A DNA stretch of 64,000 nucleotides. Origin: Escherichia phage vB_EcoM_EP32a. Shown here in pieces: positions 1-10,114 of the stretch; the first letter of the stretch is position 1, and every line of letters begins with the position of its first letter. Both the position numbers and the translations under genes were made by a program. The notes beneath the pieces are model-generated. The model did no database searches. It had not been told where the DNA came from and saw only the letters and a program-made list of their open reading frames with translations. The stretch lies in the sequence record OR544954, one strand, 5' to 3'.

Positions 1-611
1 ATAAGAGTATCGTAGTCAATCATGTTTACGCCTAAAATATCTTGCCATACGAATACGAACTTATCACTCGCTGTAGCAAGTCCTAATTCTCTGACATATG
101 CCAAATAATCATCAAATGTGCTTGTCCAAGGAATATCAGGAACATAAGCATTAATAGTGTTTATTGGCGGAGTAATTAACGTACGGTCTTTATATATGAC
201 ACCTAACATTTCACGTATAGATTCTCCTGCGTCTGAGAAGAATGGTCGCCCAAATTTAAGGTTCTCTATAGAATGTATTGTTCCAAGCTCAATTGCAATA
301 ATATTGTCACCTTTTGAGTCCACAGACACAGAATAATGTCTACATCCGTAAATTCGAGTTCTAACTTGGAGAGGCGTGTTTGAATTTGAAACAGAGATTT
401 GAACTATCTGTCTACCATCCATTTTAGTGTGGATGTTTTTAGTGTCATAAAATTGAAGAATCCCTTCATTTCTTCCATATAGCGAATCTCGCATGGTTAA
501 AGTTGTTATTGTTGCTGCGAGTTCAACATATCTATTTTCTTGCCAAGCCGAATAATCTTGGTATAATTTAACGCTTAAGTTAGGATATCCTGGACGTTGG
601 AATACTGTCAT
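1..611 (-). CDS. 27: baseplate hub subunit gp27, N-terminal part (gene runs off the window start)
   Basis: Minus-strand ORF with ATG at 611 ([17 protein letters not shown]...), overlapping the gp51 stop by 4 nt; N-terminus closely resembles T4 gp27; 51-27 synteny. Confidence 0.85.
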   Translation of the reverse strand, partial: MTVFQRPGYPNLSVKLYQDYSAWQENRYVELAATITTLTMRDSLYGRNEGILQFYDTKNIHTKMDGRQIVQISVSNSNTPLQVRTRIYGCRHYSVSVDSKGDNIIAIELGTIHSIENLKFGRPFFSDAGESIREMLGVIYKDRTLITPPINTINAYVPDIPWTSTFDDYLAYVRELGLATASDKFVFVWQDILGVNMIDYDTL

Positions 612-1360
612 TTTTTATGGTCCTTTTCTACTAATGTTAAAGCAATACCACGTTCAACAGGAATCATTTGCATAATAGAATCCAATGTGTATTGACTCTT
701 TACTAGTGAATGGTTTATCTGATAGAATGTAAAAATCTCATCAGGGTTAACTAACAATTTAAAAACCTCTAAGATATCAGTATATGTTTTAACATGACGT
801 TCACAACAACCTAATCTAAGGGTCAAATTAATAGGATTCATAGAAGCAATAACCTTCTCGAGCGAGTCAATGTCTATTGCTTCTATTACTTGGATTTGGT
901 TCTCTTCAGTCAAATCATTCCATGGGTACCATTCATCATTATAATATATTTCTTTTATGTTTTCACTTATCATTAATGCTTTATTGTCATAAAACTTTTC
1001 AGGGAAAGAAAAACGTATTTTTATACCAGCAACATCAAGTTCAGGTTCGACTAGTTCTTTTTGATATATCTCAAATGGTGCAGTTTTTTCTTTAGAGCAT
1101 TTAGGGCAAGTGAAAATAACGGGAACTTTTGTTTTGCCTATAGAGCCTGCAAAAACTTGCAGGAATATAAATGGTTGCCATGTTTTAGGGTACTCGCCAA
1201 AATAATCATCAATCAGATCGGCAATTATTTCTTTTTGTTCTTGCGGCGAACGATGTTCGATATCATTTCTAACTAGTAAAAAGTCTCTATAATCCGCTAC
1301 GGTGAACGGCTTGAAACGATGAACACCATCCGGTAATTTACAACGAATTATATTAGCCAT
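608..1360 (-). CDS. 51: baseplate hub assembly protein gp51
   Basis: 250 aa ORF; length and position (divergent from 26/25, upstream of 27) as T4 gene 51. Confidence 0.8.
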   Translation of the reverse strand: MANIIRCKLPDGVHRFKPFTVADYRDFLLVRNDIEHRSPQEQKEIIADLIDDYFGEYPKTWQPFIFLQVFAGSIGKTKVPVIFTCPKCSKEKTAPFEIYQKELVEPELDVAGIKIRFSFPEKFYDNKALMISENIKEIYYNDEWYPWNDLTEENQIQVIEAIDIDSLEKVIASMNPINLTLRLGCCERHVKTYTDILEVFKLLVNPDEIFTFYQINHSLVKSQYTLDSIMQMIPVERGIALTLVEKDHKK

Positions 1361-1377
1361 AATTACTCCTTTTCTAT

Positions 1378-1389
1378 TATTTATAAATA
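1378..1389. promoter_or_regulatory. overlapping divergent late promoters (TATTTATA / TATAAATA)
   Basis: Sequence tatttataaata: TATAAATA on plus strand 19 nt upstream of the gp26 ATG (RBS aaggag at 1397) and its complement on the minus strand upstream of gp51. Confidence 0.6.
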
Positions 1390-1407
1390 CACAATAAAGG
1401 AGTTAAC

Positions 1408-2034
1408 ATGTACAAATATACATTTACCGTACGTTTAGGCGATAAAGAAGTGAATTGTAGAGCTTTTACTTTAAAAGAATATTTAGGACTCATAGGTGCG
1501 CGGGCTACCGGTACTATTGAATCAGCAGTGAACAATATTATCACTAATTGCTCTAATGCTAAAAACTTGACCAAACAAGAAGCCGAGCTATTGTTGGTAA
1601 ATCTGTGGGCACATTCATTAGGTGAAGTGAATCAAGAACACACCTGGAATTGTTCCTGTGGGCATTCATTTCAAGTCTATATGAATTTATTGCACACTCA
1701 ATTAGATGAACAGGCCGATCCCTGGTATTCGTTCAGTGGTATTAAAATTAAGTTCCGTCAACCTAAATTATTTGACGATAAAAATATCGCATTAATGATT
1801 GCTTCATGTATTGAGGCCGTTTTTGTCAATGGAGAGTCCATCCCTGTTGAAGATTTAACTGAAGCAGAAATAAATGACCTTTACGGCCTTATAACAGAAG
1901 ATGACATGATCAATATTAAAAATCTTTTGGTATCGCCATCAATTTATCTGGCAACCCCTATTAAATGTCCCAAATGTGGGGCGTCACACGTTCACACAAT
2001 ACGAGGCCTCAAAGAATTCTTTGAGTTACTATAA
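1408..2034 (+). CDS. 26: baseplate hub subunit gp26
   Basis: 208 aa ORF, same length as T4 gp26; RBS aaggag; stop overlaps gp25 start. Confidence 0.8.
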   Translation: MYKYTFTVRLGDKEVNCRAFTLKEYLGLIGARATGTIESAVNNIITNCSNAKNLTKQEAELLLVNLWAHSLGEVNQEHTWNCSCGHSFQVYMNLLHTQLDEQADPWYSFSGIKIKFRQPKLFDDKNIALMIASCIEAVFVNGESIPVEDLTEAEINDLYGLITEDDMINIKNLLVSPSIYLATPIKCPKCGASHVHTIRGLKEFFELL

Positions 2035-2432
2035 TGTCTAATATCAATAAACTTTATTCAGATATCGACCCAGAAATGCGTATGGATTGGAACAAGGACG
2101 TTGCTCGTTCTGTAGGACTTCGTTCTATTAAAAATAGTCTTCTTGGCATAGTGACAACTAGAAAAGGCTCACGCCCCTTCGACCCTGAATTTGGATGCGA
2201 TTTGGTCGACGAACTTTTCGAGAACATGACACCACTTACAGCCGATACTATTGAGCGTAATATCCAGGCAGCTGTTCGTAACTATGAGCCGCGCATCGAC
2301 AAACTTTCTGTAAGTGTAACGCCAGTATATGACGACTATACGGTTATAGTAGAGATTAGATTTTCGGTCGTAGACAACCCTGACGATATTGAACAAATTA
2401 AACTTCAGTTAGCGTCAAGCAATAGAGTGTAA
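2034..2432 (+). CDS. 25: baseplate wedge subunit gp25
   Basis: 132 aa ORF (MSNINKLYSDIDPEMRMDWNKD...), same length and near-identical start to T4 gp25. Confidence 0.9.
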   Translation: MSNINKLYSDIDPEMRMDWNKDVARSVGLRSIKNSLLGIVTTRKGSRPFDPEFGCDLVDELFENMTPLTADTIERNIQAAVRNYEPRIDKLSVSVTPVYDDYTVIVEIRFSVVDNPDDIEQIKLQLASSNRV

Positions 2433-2457
2433 TGCTTCAAGGCAACCTATGTATAAT
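2431..2457 (+). promoter_or_regulatory. MotA-dependent middle promoter of uvsY (MotA box TGCTTCA plus -10 TATAAT)
   Basis: aaTGCTTCAa at 2433-2439, then a 12-nt spacer and TATAAT at 2452-2457, about 55 nt upstream of the uvsY ATG. Confidence 0.6.
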
Positions 2458-2511
2458 GGTTTTAGGTCCTTCCGATACAGCCGGGAGATTATTAGTTAAA
2501 GAGAGAATATT

Positions 2512-2925
2512 ATGAAGCTGGAAGATTTACAGGAAGAGTTAGACGCGGACTTAGCTATTGATATGACAAAGTTGCAATATGAGACGGCGAATAATGTTAA
2601 GTTATACAGCAAATGGCTACGTAAGCACTCATTTATTCGTAAAGAAATGTTGCGTATAGAGACTCAGAAGAAAACTGCTCTAAAAGCAAGATTAGACTAC
2701 TACTCGGGACGAGGTGACGGTGATGAATTCAGTATGGACCGATACGAGAAATCTGAAATGAAAACTGTCCTGGCTGCAGATAAAGATGTGCTTAAAATAG
2801 AGACTACTTTACAATACTGGGGAATTTTACTTGAGTTCTGTAGTGGTGCACTTGACGCAGTTAAGTCTCGTAGTTTTGCACTTAAACATATCCAGGATAT
2901 GCGAGAATTTGAAGCGGGGCAATAA
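2512..2925 (+). CDS. uvsY: recombination mediator UvsY
   Basis: 137 aa ORF (MKLEDLQEELDADLAIDM...), T4 UvsY length and sequence. Confidence 0.9.
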   Translation: MKLEDLQEELDADLAIDMTKLQYETANNVKLYSKWLRKHSFIRKEMLRIETQKKTALKARLDYYSGRGDGDEFSMDRYEKSEMKTVLAADKDVLKIETTLQYWGILLEFCSGALDAVKSRSFALKHIQDMREFEAGQ

Positions 2926-3149
2926 TGCGTTATTCAATTGAAGATGCCTTTAATAATGACGAAGAATTTGAAACTGAAATTAAATTCTTAATGGAAAAGT
3001 ATCGTCTACGTCGTCAGGATATTCGTATTCTGGCAGACCACCCTTGTGGTGAAGACGTCCTTTATATTAAAGGGAAGTTTGCCGGGTATCTTGATGAATA
3101 TTTTTATTCTAAAGATATGGGCATTGATATGCATATGCGAATTGTATAA
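2925..3149 (+). CDS. small protein downstream of uvsY (uvsY.-1-like)
   Basis: 74 aa ORF whose ATG overlaps the uvsY stop (ATGA-type overlap); position as T4 uvsY.-1. Confidence 0.6.
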   Translation: MRYSIEDAFNNDEEFETEIKFLMEKYRLRRQDIRILADHPCGEDVLYIKGKFAGYLDEYFYSKDMGIDMHMRIV

Positions 3150-3181
3150 ATAGATATGTAATTTCAACTTAGGAGGCAATC

Positions 3182-3349
3182 ATGTCAGATAAGATTTGTG
3201 TTGTCTGTAAAACTCCAATCGATTCTGCATTGGTTGTTGAAACAGACAAAGGTCCAGCACATCCTGGTCCTTGTTATAATTATATCCAACAAATGCCGGT
3301 TTCAGAAAGTTCAGAAGAGCAATTGAACGAAACCCAACTTTTACTATAG
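3182..3349 (+). CDS. small Cys-containing protein (uvsY.-2-like), 55 aa, absent from the ORF track
   Basis: ATG at 3182 preceded by aggagg RBS; translation MSDKICVVCKTPIDS...; the antisense 68 aa ORF 3180-3386 is probably its shadow. Confidence 0.55.
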   Translation: MSDKICVVCKTPIDSALVVETDKGPAHPGPCYNYIQQMPVSESSEEQLNETQLLL

Positions 3350-3375
3350 TGTTACCTTTTTTGCCTATGGTTTTT

Positions 3376-3408
3376 GGCCCTTCCAAAAAGGTCGGGCCTT
3401 TTTTTTAA
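3376..3408. terminator. bidirectional intrinsic terminator between uvsY.-2 (+) and uvsW.1 (-)
   Basis: GC stem ggccc...gggcc flanked by a T-run on the plus strand and an A-run (T-run on minus) upstream. Confidence 0.55.
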
Positions 3409-3639
3409 TTAGAAGTCTTCTTCCTCATCCTCATCATCGCCTTCAAGTTCGGCACGCTTACCTGCTAAGGCATCCCTGACAGAAATATCATCTGTATCTT
3501 TTAATTCCGTTTCTTTTATACGTTTCTTATAATAAGCTTCCAATTCTTCAAGCCCTTCTAAGGTATGACAACTAGCAATTTTACCCATGAATTCGTCAAT
3601 AGATGCTTCGTATAAAAATTGTTTAAATTCAAGTACCAT
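3409..3639 (-). CDS. UvsW.1 small acidic protein
   Basis: 76 aa ORF with acidic C-terminus immediately downstream of uvsW, as T4 uvsW.1. Confidence 0.7.
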   Translation of the reverse strand: MVLEFKQFLYEASIDEFMGKIASCHTLEGLEELEAYYKKRIKETELKDTDDISVRDALAGKRAELEGDDEDEEEDF

Positions 3640-3664
3640 TTTTATCTCCTAAGGGCCGAAGCCC

Positions 3665-5179
3665 TTATAAATTAATTGTTTTCATTACATAGTTAAATTT
3701 CTCATCAGCGTAACGTTGGATACGATCAATACCGTGTTTTAACAAGTAATTAAGATGAGTATACTTCTTTTTAGTATTTAATGATTTAGGTTTTACGCCT
3801 GCATCGTCGATGAGATCCCAAACTGTAGCAACAGCTTTAGAACCATGCTTGCGAAGCACACGACCTACGGTTTGAAGTACGATAATTTTTGATTTAACAC
3901 CATGAGCAAAAATAACATGATGAAGATTCTTGACTGAAATACCAGTAGAGAATACTCCATATGATGCGACAATAATAATGCCTTTACCATTTTCTGCCAT
4001 GACTTTAAGCGCGTTACGTGTTTCAGTATCAACTTCACCTGATACGTAATAAACTTTTTCGTATCCAAGCTCTTTAATAGCTTCAAATATTTCTTTACCG
4101 TGTGTAACGTGTTTAAACATTACAAAGGCGTTCTCGTCTTTCTTAGCCAATTTGACTGAAAGTTGAGCAATCCACTTTGTACGTCGTTTTAGTCCGGTAA
4201 TAATTTTAACTTCTTCTTGGTATGTTTTACCTTTTAATTTGGTGGCGAATTCGTCTGGATAACGAAGGAAAATACTATTAATCTTAAGCTCAGTTACCTG
4301 TCCATCTTCCATTAATTTAGACGTGCTAACAGGACGGAAGATTTCGCCGAACATACCTACGTACTGCATTACATTGGCTTTTCCGTCTCTTAATGAGCCA
4401 GATAAACCGAATTTAAACATACAATTATTTAATCCAGAGATGATTGAAGAAATACTTTTGCCTGTTGCTAAGTGGCATTCATCGTTCATCATCATACCGA
4501 ACTGAGAGAACCATTCTTTAGGCTGCTTAACTACTGTTTGCCATGTGCCAACAATAATTGGAGCGTCGTTTTTAGATTTGTCTGCTTTATCAGCACCACC
4601 GCCAATTTTCTTAATCATCGAATGACTAAACAAGCGATAATCAACAAAATCATTAGCCATCTGGGTTGTCAATGCTGTTGTAGGGACGATAATGAGAATT
4701 TTACCTTCATAGTTCTCTAGATAATATCGAGCTAAAAGTGCTTGGATTAGTGATTTACCTGCTGATGTCGGAAGGTTTAAAATTCGACGACGATTAACTA
4801 GTCCTTCATATACTGCATCTTTTTGATACCAATGTGGTTCGATTTTGGCGTTGCCGGAATAAATTTCTTGTTTAGAAAGCCATGCGTCAAAATCTTCCCT
4901 GGTAAGGTCTTCGGTCTCAAAGATTTTAGGGTCAATCCATACAGAATAACTCATATTGTTACAGAACTTTTTTATTTGTCCTACAAGTCCATATGGTAAC
5001 AAACGGTTGTAATCTAAAAGTCGAATTCTACCATCCCATTGCCCATAGCGATATTTTGGGTTAAATTTATACCCGTCAGCTTCAAAGCTAAAAAAGTCAC
5101 GAAGTTCGTAAAACGTACTTTCGTCGCATTCAATGCGCACGTGACTAAAATCATAAAAATGTACTTTAATGTCAGTCAT
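3665..5179 (-). CDS. uvsW: UvsW DNA/RNA helicase (SF2)
   Basis: 504 aa ORF; Walker A-like LPTSAGKS and DEAH-like MMNDECH motifs; position between inh and uvsY as in T4. Confidence 0.85.
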   Translation of the reverse strand: MTDIKVHFYDFSHVRIECDESTFYELRDFFSFEADGYKFNPKYRYGQWDGRIRLLDYNRLLPYGLVGQIKKFCNNMSYSVWIDPKIFETEDLTREDFDAWLSKQEIYSGNAKIEPHWYQKDAVYEGLVNRRRILNLPTSAGKSLIQALLARYYLENYEGKILIIVPTTALTTQMANDFVDYRLFSHSMIKKIGGGADKADKSKNDAPIIVGTWQTVVKQPKEWFSQFGMMMNDECHLATGKSISSIISGLNNCMFKFGLSGSLRDGKANVMQYVGMFGEIFRPVSTSKLMEDGQVTELKINSIFLRYPDEFATKLKGKTYQEEVKIITGLKRRTKWIAQLSVKLAKKDENAFVMFKHVTHGKEIFEAIKELGYEKVYYVSGEVDTETRNALKVMAENGKGIIIVASYGVFSTGISVKNLHHVIFAHGVKSKIIVLQTVGRVLRKHGSKAVATVWDLIDDAGVKPKSLNTKKKYTHLNYLLKHGIDRIQRYADEKFNYVMKTINL

Positions 5180-5208
5180 GTCAAATTACCATGTAATAAA
5201 TATAGTTA

Positions 5209-5216
5209 TATTTATA
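5209..5216 (-). promoter_or_regulatory. late promoter motif (TATAAATA on minus strand) upstream of uvsW
   Basis: tatttata on plus strand about 30 nt upstream of the uvsW ATG. Confidence 0.45.
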
Positions 5217-5229
5217 ATGAGGAAATATC

Positions 5230-5898
5230 ATGATCGATAAAGACTATATTGAAGAGTTACGTGCTCTTTCTGATAAAAAGGAAGCCAAAGCTAAACTGTT
5301 TGAATATGCGGAACAATTTGGCATTAGTGTTAAGAAAACAAAATCATTCGATAATATTGTTATTGATATCGAAGAAGCTCTTAACGCACTGGCTGATGAA
5401 CCATTACCTGAAACTGATGGATTATCTATCACCGATTTAATTACTGCCGCAGATGATGTAGACGGTGTTAATTTCACCAACGAAGAAGTTAAAGAAGAAG
5501 CTATTCTGTTGTTTGATTCTCCAACAGAACAAGTTGAAGTATTGGAAGTTGTCGAACAAGAAAAAGAATTCGACCACGTTAAATTCGAAGAAGCAATTAC
5601 TCAGATTGTTGAATCTGAAAAAGAGCCTGAGCCAGAGGTAAATAAAGAAGTAAAATTTGTTCTGCCTGAAAATTTTAGTCCTACACTCATTAAATTAGGC
5701 AAAGGCCCAGGATATGTTACTGTTCCTTGGTGGATTTATCAATGGATAGCCGAAACCCCAGATTGGAAATCCCGCCCGACTAGTTTTGTACATGCTTCTG
5801 CTCACCAAACATTATTTAGCTTAATTTATTATATTAATCGCGACGGATCAGTTCTAATTCGTGAAACTCGTAATTCTTCTTTCGTAACATTAAAATAA
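5230..5898 (+). CDS. inh: Inh, inhibitor of prohead protease gp21
   Basis: 222 aa ORF directly upstream of hoc, as in T4. Confidence 0.7.
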   Translation: MIDKDYIEELRALSDKKEAKAKLFEYAEQFGISVKKTKSFDNIVIDIEEALNALADEPLPETDGLSITDLITAADDVDGVNFTNEEVKEEAILLFDSPTEQVEVLEVVEQEKEFDHVKFEEAITQIVESEKEPEPEVNKEVKFVLPENFSPTLIKLGKGPGYVTVPWWIYQWIAETPDWKSRPTSFVHASAHQTLFSLIYYINRDGSVLIRETRNSSFVTLK

Positions 5899-5907
5899 GG
5901 ATAACTT

Positions 5908-7038
5908 ATGGCTTTTACAGTTGATATAACTCCTAAAACACCTACTGGAGTTATAGATGAGACTAAGCAGTTTACTGCTACTCCCAGTGGTGAAACTGGA
6001 GGTGGAACTATTACCTATGCATGGAGTGTAGACGATGCTCCTCAAGTAGGATCGGTAGAAACTTTTGATTATGTGTTAAAAGGACCTGCTGGAACAAAAA
6101 CAATTAAAGTTGTTGCAACAAATACTATTCCTGACTCTGACGCTGAAACAGCAGAAGCTAGTACAACTATTACAGTTCAAAATAAAACACAGACAACTAC
6201 ATTAGCCGTAACTCCTGGTAGTCCTTCAGCTGGAGTAATTGGAACCCCAGTTCAATTTACTGCTGCCTTAGCTTCTCAACCAGCTGGAGCGTCTGCTACG
6301 TATCAGTGGTATGTAGATGATTCACAGGTTGGTGGAGAAACTAACTCTACATTTAGCTATACTCCAACTACAAGTGGTGTAAAAAGAATTAAATGTGTAG
6401 CCCAAGTAACCGCGACAGATTATGATGCAAAGGAAGTTACTTCGAATGAAGTATCACTGACTGTTAATAAGAAGACAATGAATCCACAGATTACATTGAC
6501 TCCTCCTTCTATTAGTGTTCAACAAGATGCTTCGGCTACATTTACCGCTAATGTTACGGATGCTCCAGAAGAAGCGCAAATTGCGTATTCATGGAAGAAA
6601 GATTCTTCTCCTGTAGAAGGATCGACTAATGTGTATACAGTTGATACCTCATCTATTGGAAGTCAAACTATTGAAGTGACTGCAACTGTTACTGCAACTG
6701 ATTATGATAGCAAAACTGTTACAGCAGAAGGTCAAGTTCAGGTAACTGATAAAGTTGCTCCAGAACCAGAAGGTGAATTGCCTTATGTTCATCCTCTTCC
6801 ACATCGTACTTCAGCTTACATCTGGTGTGGTTGGTGGGTTATGGATGAAATCCAAAAAATGACCGAAGAAGGTAAAGATTGGAAAACTGAAGATCCAGAT
6901 AGTAAGTACTACTTGCATCGTTACACTCTCCAGAAGATGATGAAAGATTATCCAGAAGTTGATGTTCAAGAATCACGTAATGGATACATCATCCATAAAA
7001 CTGCTTTGGAAACTGGTATCATCTATACATATCCATAA
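5908..7038 (+). CDS. hoc: Hoc, highly immunogenic outer capsid protein (Ig-like domains)
   Basis: 376 aa ORF; repeated Ig-like Thr/Val-rich modules and conserved capsid-binding C-terminus (PYVHPLPHR...IWCGWWVMDEIQKM...). Confidence 0.9.
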   Translation: MAFTVDITPKTPTGVIDETKQFTATPSGETGGGTITYAWSVDDAPQVGSVETFDYVLKGPAGTKTIKVVATNTIPDSDAETAEASTTITVQNKTQTTTLAVTPGSPSAGVIGTPVQFTAALASQPAGASATYQWYVDDSQVGGETNSTFSYTPTTSGVKRIKCVAQVTATDYDAKEVTSNEVSLTVNKKTMNPQITLTPPSISVQQDASATFTANVTDAPEEAQIAYSWKKDSSPVEGSTNVYTVDTSSIGSQTIEVTATVTATDYDSKTVTAEGQVQVTDKVAPEPEGELPYVHPLPHRTSAYIWCGWWVMDEIQKMTEEGKDWKTEDPDSKYYLHRYTLQKMMKDYPEVDVQESRNGYIIHKTALETGIIYTYP

Positions 7039-7042
7039 TCGT

Positions 7043-7071
7043 AAGGGGCTTCGGCCCCTTTCTTCGTTTTT
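7043..7071 (+). terminator. intrinsic terminator after hoc
   Basis: aaggggc-TTCG-gcccctt hairpin followed by a T-run. Confidence 0.65.
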
Positions 7072-7133
7072 AAAGCATACAAAACACAACTTGAGATTGA
7101 TGTATATAATGGCACAAACCAAATAATACGGGA

Positions 7134-7325
7134 TTGATTATGAGAGCTGAAGTTGAAGTTTATACATTACACGAGGCGGGATTTTCATTCGTAGAAATTG
7201 CTCAAAAAATTGGTTTACAACCTAAAGAAGTTGGATTACTATGGACTAAAGCCGAGACAGCTCGGTCAAAGTTTAAAGCAAAAGAAAAAGTTGTATACCG
7301 TAAACGTTTGATTAACAAAAGGTGA
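7134..7325 (+). CDS. hypothetical small basic protein
   Basis: 63 aa ORF between hoc and rnlB; the real start may be the second Met (7140). Confidence 0.45.
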   Translation: MIMRAEVEVYTLHEAGFSFVEIAQKIGLQPKEVGLLWTKAETARSKFKAKEKVVYRKRLINKR

Positions 7326-7329
7326 AGAA

Positions 7330-7581
7330 ATGAGTTTTGCACAGGAATTAAGAGAAAGGGCTCTGGCCACTAAAGCTAATTTGTTGAGTGATTTTATTAC
7401 TAACTTCTCTGTGATGGCAGAGAAAGCTGCTGACAAAGGTCAGACACAATTCACGTACTACCCGTCAAAGAATGATTTAACTATCACTGAGCAAGTCGGT
7501 CAGTGGCTACGTGATAATGGCTTTCAGTATAAAATTAATCACGACCAGCGTGATGGCCATTGGATAGAAATCAAGTTCTAA
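7330..7581 (+). CDS. hypothetical protein
   Basis: 83 aa ORF with RBS ggtgaag upstream. Confidence 0.5.
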   Translation: MSFAQELRERALATKANLLSDFITNFSVMAEKAADKGQTQFTYYPSKNDLTITEQVGQWLRDNGFQYKINHDQRDGHWIEIKF

Positions 7582-7700
7582 TATGCTTTACATTTTTTGA
7601 TGGTATAATGAATCTAGGTTCTATCCATTCAAATTAAACATCCGGTCGGAGACAGAGTCTCTGCTAATTATTTTGATATTATTATTTATAATGGTGATTT

Positions 7701-8699
7701 ATGTTTAAGAAATACAGCAGTCTTGAAAACCACTACAACTCTAAGTTTATTGAAAAACTCTACACTAATGGTTTGACTACTGGTGTTTGGGTAGCACGTG
7801 AGAAAATCCATGGGACTAACTTCTCGTTAATAATTGAACGTGACAACGTCACATGCGCCAAGCGCACAGGCCCTATTCTTCCAGCAGAAGATTTTTATGG
7901 CTATGAAATCGTACTCAAGAAGTATGATAAAGCTATTAAAGCCGTTCAGGAATTCATGGGTAGTTCTCGAGCCGTATCATATCAAGTATTCGGTGAATTC
8001 GCTGGTGGTGGAATCCAGAAAGGTGTTGACTACGGTGAAAAAGATTTTTATGTGTTCGATATCCTTATCAATACAGAAAGTGGTGATAATACATATTTGA
8101 CTGATTACGAAATGCAAGATTTCTGTAATGAATTCGGTTTTAAAATGGCACCAATGCTTGGTCGTGGAACATTTGACGCTCTTATCATGATTCCAAACGA
8201 CCTTGATTCTGTCTTAGCCGCTTATAATGCTACTGCGTCAGAAGACCTTGTCGAAGCAAATAATTGTGTATTTGATGCTAATGTTATTGGTAATAATACT
8301 GCAGAAGGTTATGTTCTGAAGCCTTGTTTCCCTAAATGGCTGCCAAACGGTACTCGTGTAGCTATTAAGTGCAAGAACTCTAAATTCAGTGAAAAGAAAA
8401 AGTCTGATAAACCTGTTAAAACTCAGGTTCCATTAACTGAAATTGACAAAAACTTGCTTGATGTTCTAGCTTGTTATGTTACGTTAAATCGTGTTAATAA
8501 TGTGATTTCTAAGATTGGGACTGTAACACCAAAAGATTTTGGCAAAGTGATGGGATTGACTGTTCAAGATATTCTGGAAGAAACTTCTCGTGAAGGTATT
8601 GTATTAACATCATCTGATAATCCGAATCTTGTTAAGAAAGAATTAGTCCGAATGGTGCAAGATGTTCTGCGTCCTGCATGGATTGAATTAGTATCATAA
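7701..8699 (+). CDS. rnlB: RNA ligase 2 (Rnl2)
   Basis: 332 aa ORF; N-terminus [20 protein letters not shown] and the ligase KxHG motif (REKIHGTNF) as in T4 Rnl2. Confidence 0.9.
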   Translation: MFKKYSSLENHYNSKFIEKLYTNGLTTGVWVAREKIHGTNFSLIIERDNVTCAKRTGPILPAEDFYGYEIVLKKYDKAIKAVQEFMGSSRAVSYQVFGEFAGGGIQKGVDYGEKDFYVFDILINTESGDNTYLTDYEMQDFCNEFGFKMAPMLGRGTFDALIMIPNDLDSVLAAYNATASEDLVEANNCVFDANVIGNNTAEGYVLKPCFPKWLPNGTRVAIKCKNSKFSEKKKSDKPVKTQVPLTEIDKNLLDVLACYVTLNRVNNVISKIGTVTPKDFGKVMGLTVQDILEETSREGIVLTSSDNPNLVKKELVRMVQDVLRPAWIELVS

Positions 8700-8700
8700 C

Positions 8701-8731
8701 AAAAAAGGGACCTTACGGTCCCTTTTGTTTT
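8701..8731. terminator. bidirectional terminator between rnlB (+) and gene 24 (-)
   Basis: gggacc-ttac-ggtccc hairpin flanked by an A-run and a T-run. Confidence 0.65.
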
Positions 8732-10013
8732 ATTCATCGATGATAATTTTCGGTAGTTTAACACCTAATAAAACAGACAAGTCTGAACGTCCTGCCATTT
8801 TATCCATGTCCCCGCCATCAATTATTCTCGCTTCTTTTTCATCTTTTGCTACTGTGTAAGGATTTGCTGATAACGCATATCTAACCAATAATCCGATAGA
8901 CGGTTGCAAGCTTTCTGGATCAACTACAACTTTAAATGCACCGACATGTTCCGGGTCATCTAAATCTATTCCTTCAGTGTATGGAGCATAAAAGATGGAC
9001 CCTACAATTTCTTTTTCGCCGAGATTTTCTACAACACCCACAATAACATAATCTAACGGGCTGTTGGTATCGCAGTAAAGAGGTAATCCATTTGCCAAGA
9101 ATCCATAAGCATTTTGTGAAAGATACTTGTCATCTTCTGGCTTATGTTTTAACCAACCAGAAGCAGCAAGAATAGCAGCTGCACGGGCTGAGGCTACACA
9201 AAACGTTGCAGTATAAGTTGTTTCTTTTTGAATGTGTGATACCATTTCACACACCATTCGATATAATGAACGACCTGCTTCTGGAGCTGATGCATAACTC
9301 AAGTCAATAAATCCGGTGTCAGTAATTCCAGTAACTTTATAACGTTTCGATACAGTAATTAAAGACTGAAGAATATCTTTATTAATTTCATCTGCCATTT
9401 CAGTAGCAAGCAAATCTTCTAAGAAGTTAGGGGCATCAAATCCATTCGCTTCTAAATCTTGCGCTAATTCGACCGTTAGGCCAGTTTTAAGTTTACGAGA
9501 TTTGACTGAAGTTTGCCATTTATTAATCTGGAATCTTGCATCAGAAATTTCGCTATCAGAGCTTTCAAATTTGTTTGTTACCGCTGCATCTGAAAATAAC
9601 CGTACCTTTAAATGAACGACTGCAATCTGAAGAGCTAATTCTAGATCACTTTCTTGAATATCTGCAAATGGTGTATCTTCTAACACTTTATAGACGATAT
9701 TATTATATTTGAAAAAATCACCTTTATTTAGTGTGACTTTTGATTCTTCTGTGAGCTCAGTAATTTTTTCTCGGTCTACATATCCAGCTTCGCCTGCATA
9801 AGTAGCACCAGTTTTAAATGTGAATTCGTTATCTGGGTTAAGATATTTGATACCATAAAAAGCAGCAACAGGTTGATTAGTTCTTTGTGTTGCTACAATG
9901 TCAGAATATATTAATTTAGTCGTAGCGCGAGTCAAAGCAACGAGATTTGGGCGACCAATTGAGTTGCTAGTAGACGTTGTAGATTCACGCAATAATTTTT
10001 GGATTTTACTCAT
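8730..10013 (-). CDS. 24: capsid vertex protein gp24
   Basis: 427 aa ORF, T4 gp24 length; gp23-like fold signature; position downstream of gene 23. Confidence 0.9.
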   Translation of the reverse strand: MSKIQKLLRESTTSTSNSIGRPNLVALTRATTKLIYSDIVATQRTNQPVAAFYGIKYLNPDNEFTFKTGATYAGEAGYVDREKITELTEESKVTLNKGDFFKYNNIVYKVLEDTPFADIQESDLELALQIAVVHLKVRLFSDAAVTNKFESSDSEISDARFQINKWQTSVKSRKLKTGLTVELAQDLEANGFDAPNFLEDLLATEMADEINKDILQSLITVSKRYKVTGITDTGFIDLSYASAPEAGRSLYRMVCEMVSHIQKETTYTATFCVASARAAAILAASGWLKHKPEDDKYLSQNAYGFLANGLPLYCDTNSPLDYVIVGVVENLGEKEIVGSIFYAPYTEGIDLDDPEHVGAFKVVVDPESLQPSIGLLVRYALSANPYTVAKDEKEARIIDGGDMDKMAGRSDLSVLLGVKLPKIIIDE

Positions 10014-10040
10014 TGCATTTTTTCCTTATGTGATATAGAT

Positions 10041-10048
10041 TATTTATA
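10041..10048 (-). promoter_or_regulatory. late promoter motif upstream of gene 24
   Basis: tatttata on plus strand (TATAAATA on minus) about 28 nt upstream of the gp24 ATG. Confidence 0.5.
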
Positions 10049-10054
10049 AAGATT

Positions 10055-10114
10055 GTTTACAACGTATTTGGTATGTGATACTATAGACTTATCAACTACA
10101 GAGGAGTAAACAAA
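10055..10114 (+). promoter_or_regulatory. early-promoter cassette (GTTTAC -35, TACTAT -10, RBS GAGGAG)
   Basis: GTTTAC, 18-nt spacer, TACTAT, then tatagacttatcaactacagaggagtaaacaaaATG; near-identical copy at 45507-45565. Confidence 0.6.

Noticed and set aside
3180-3386. 68 aa minus-strand ORF in the ORF track
   Set aside because: It is antisense to a plus-strand 55 aa ORF that has a strong aggagg RBS and sits in the uvsY operon; the minus-strand ORF has no RBS and overlaps the terminator.
6000-6800. Internal repeats in the hoc coding region as a tandem DNA repeat or variable-number locus
   Set aside because: The repetition is at the protein-domain level (Ig-like modules) with diverged nucleotide sequence, not an exact tandem DNA repeat.
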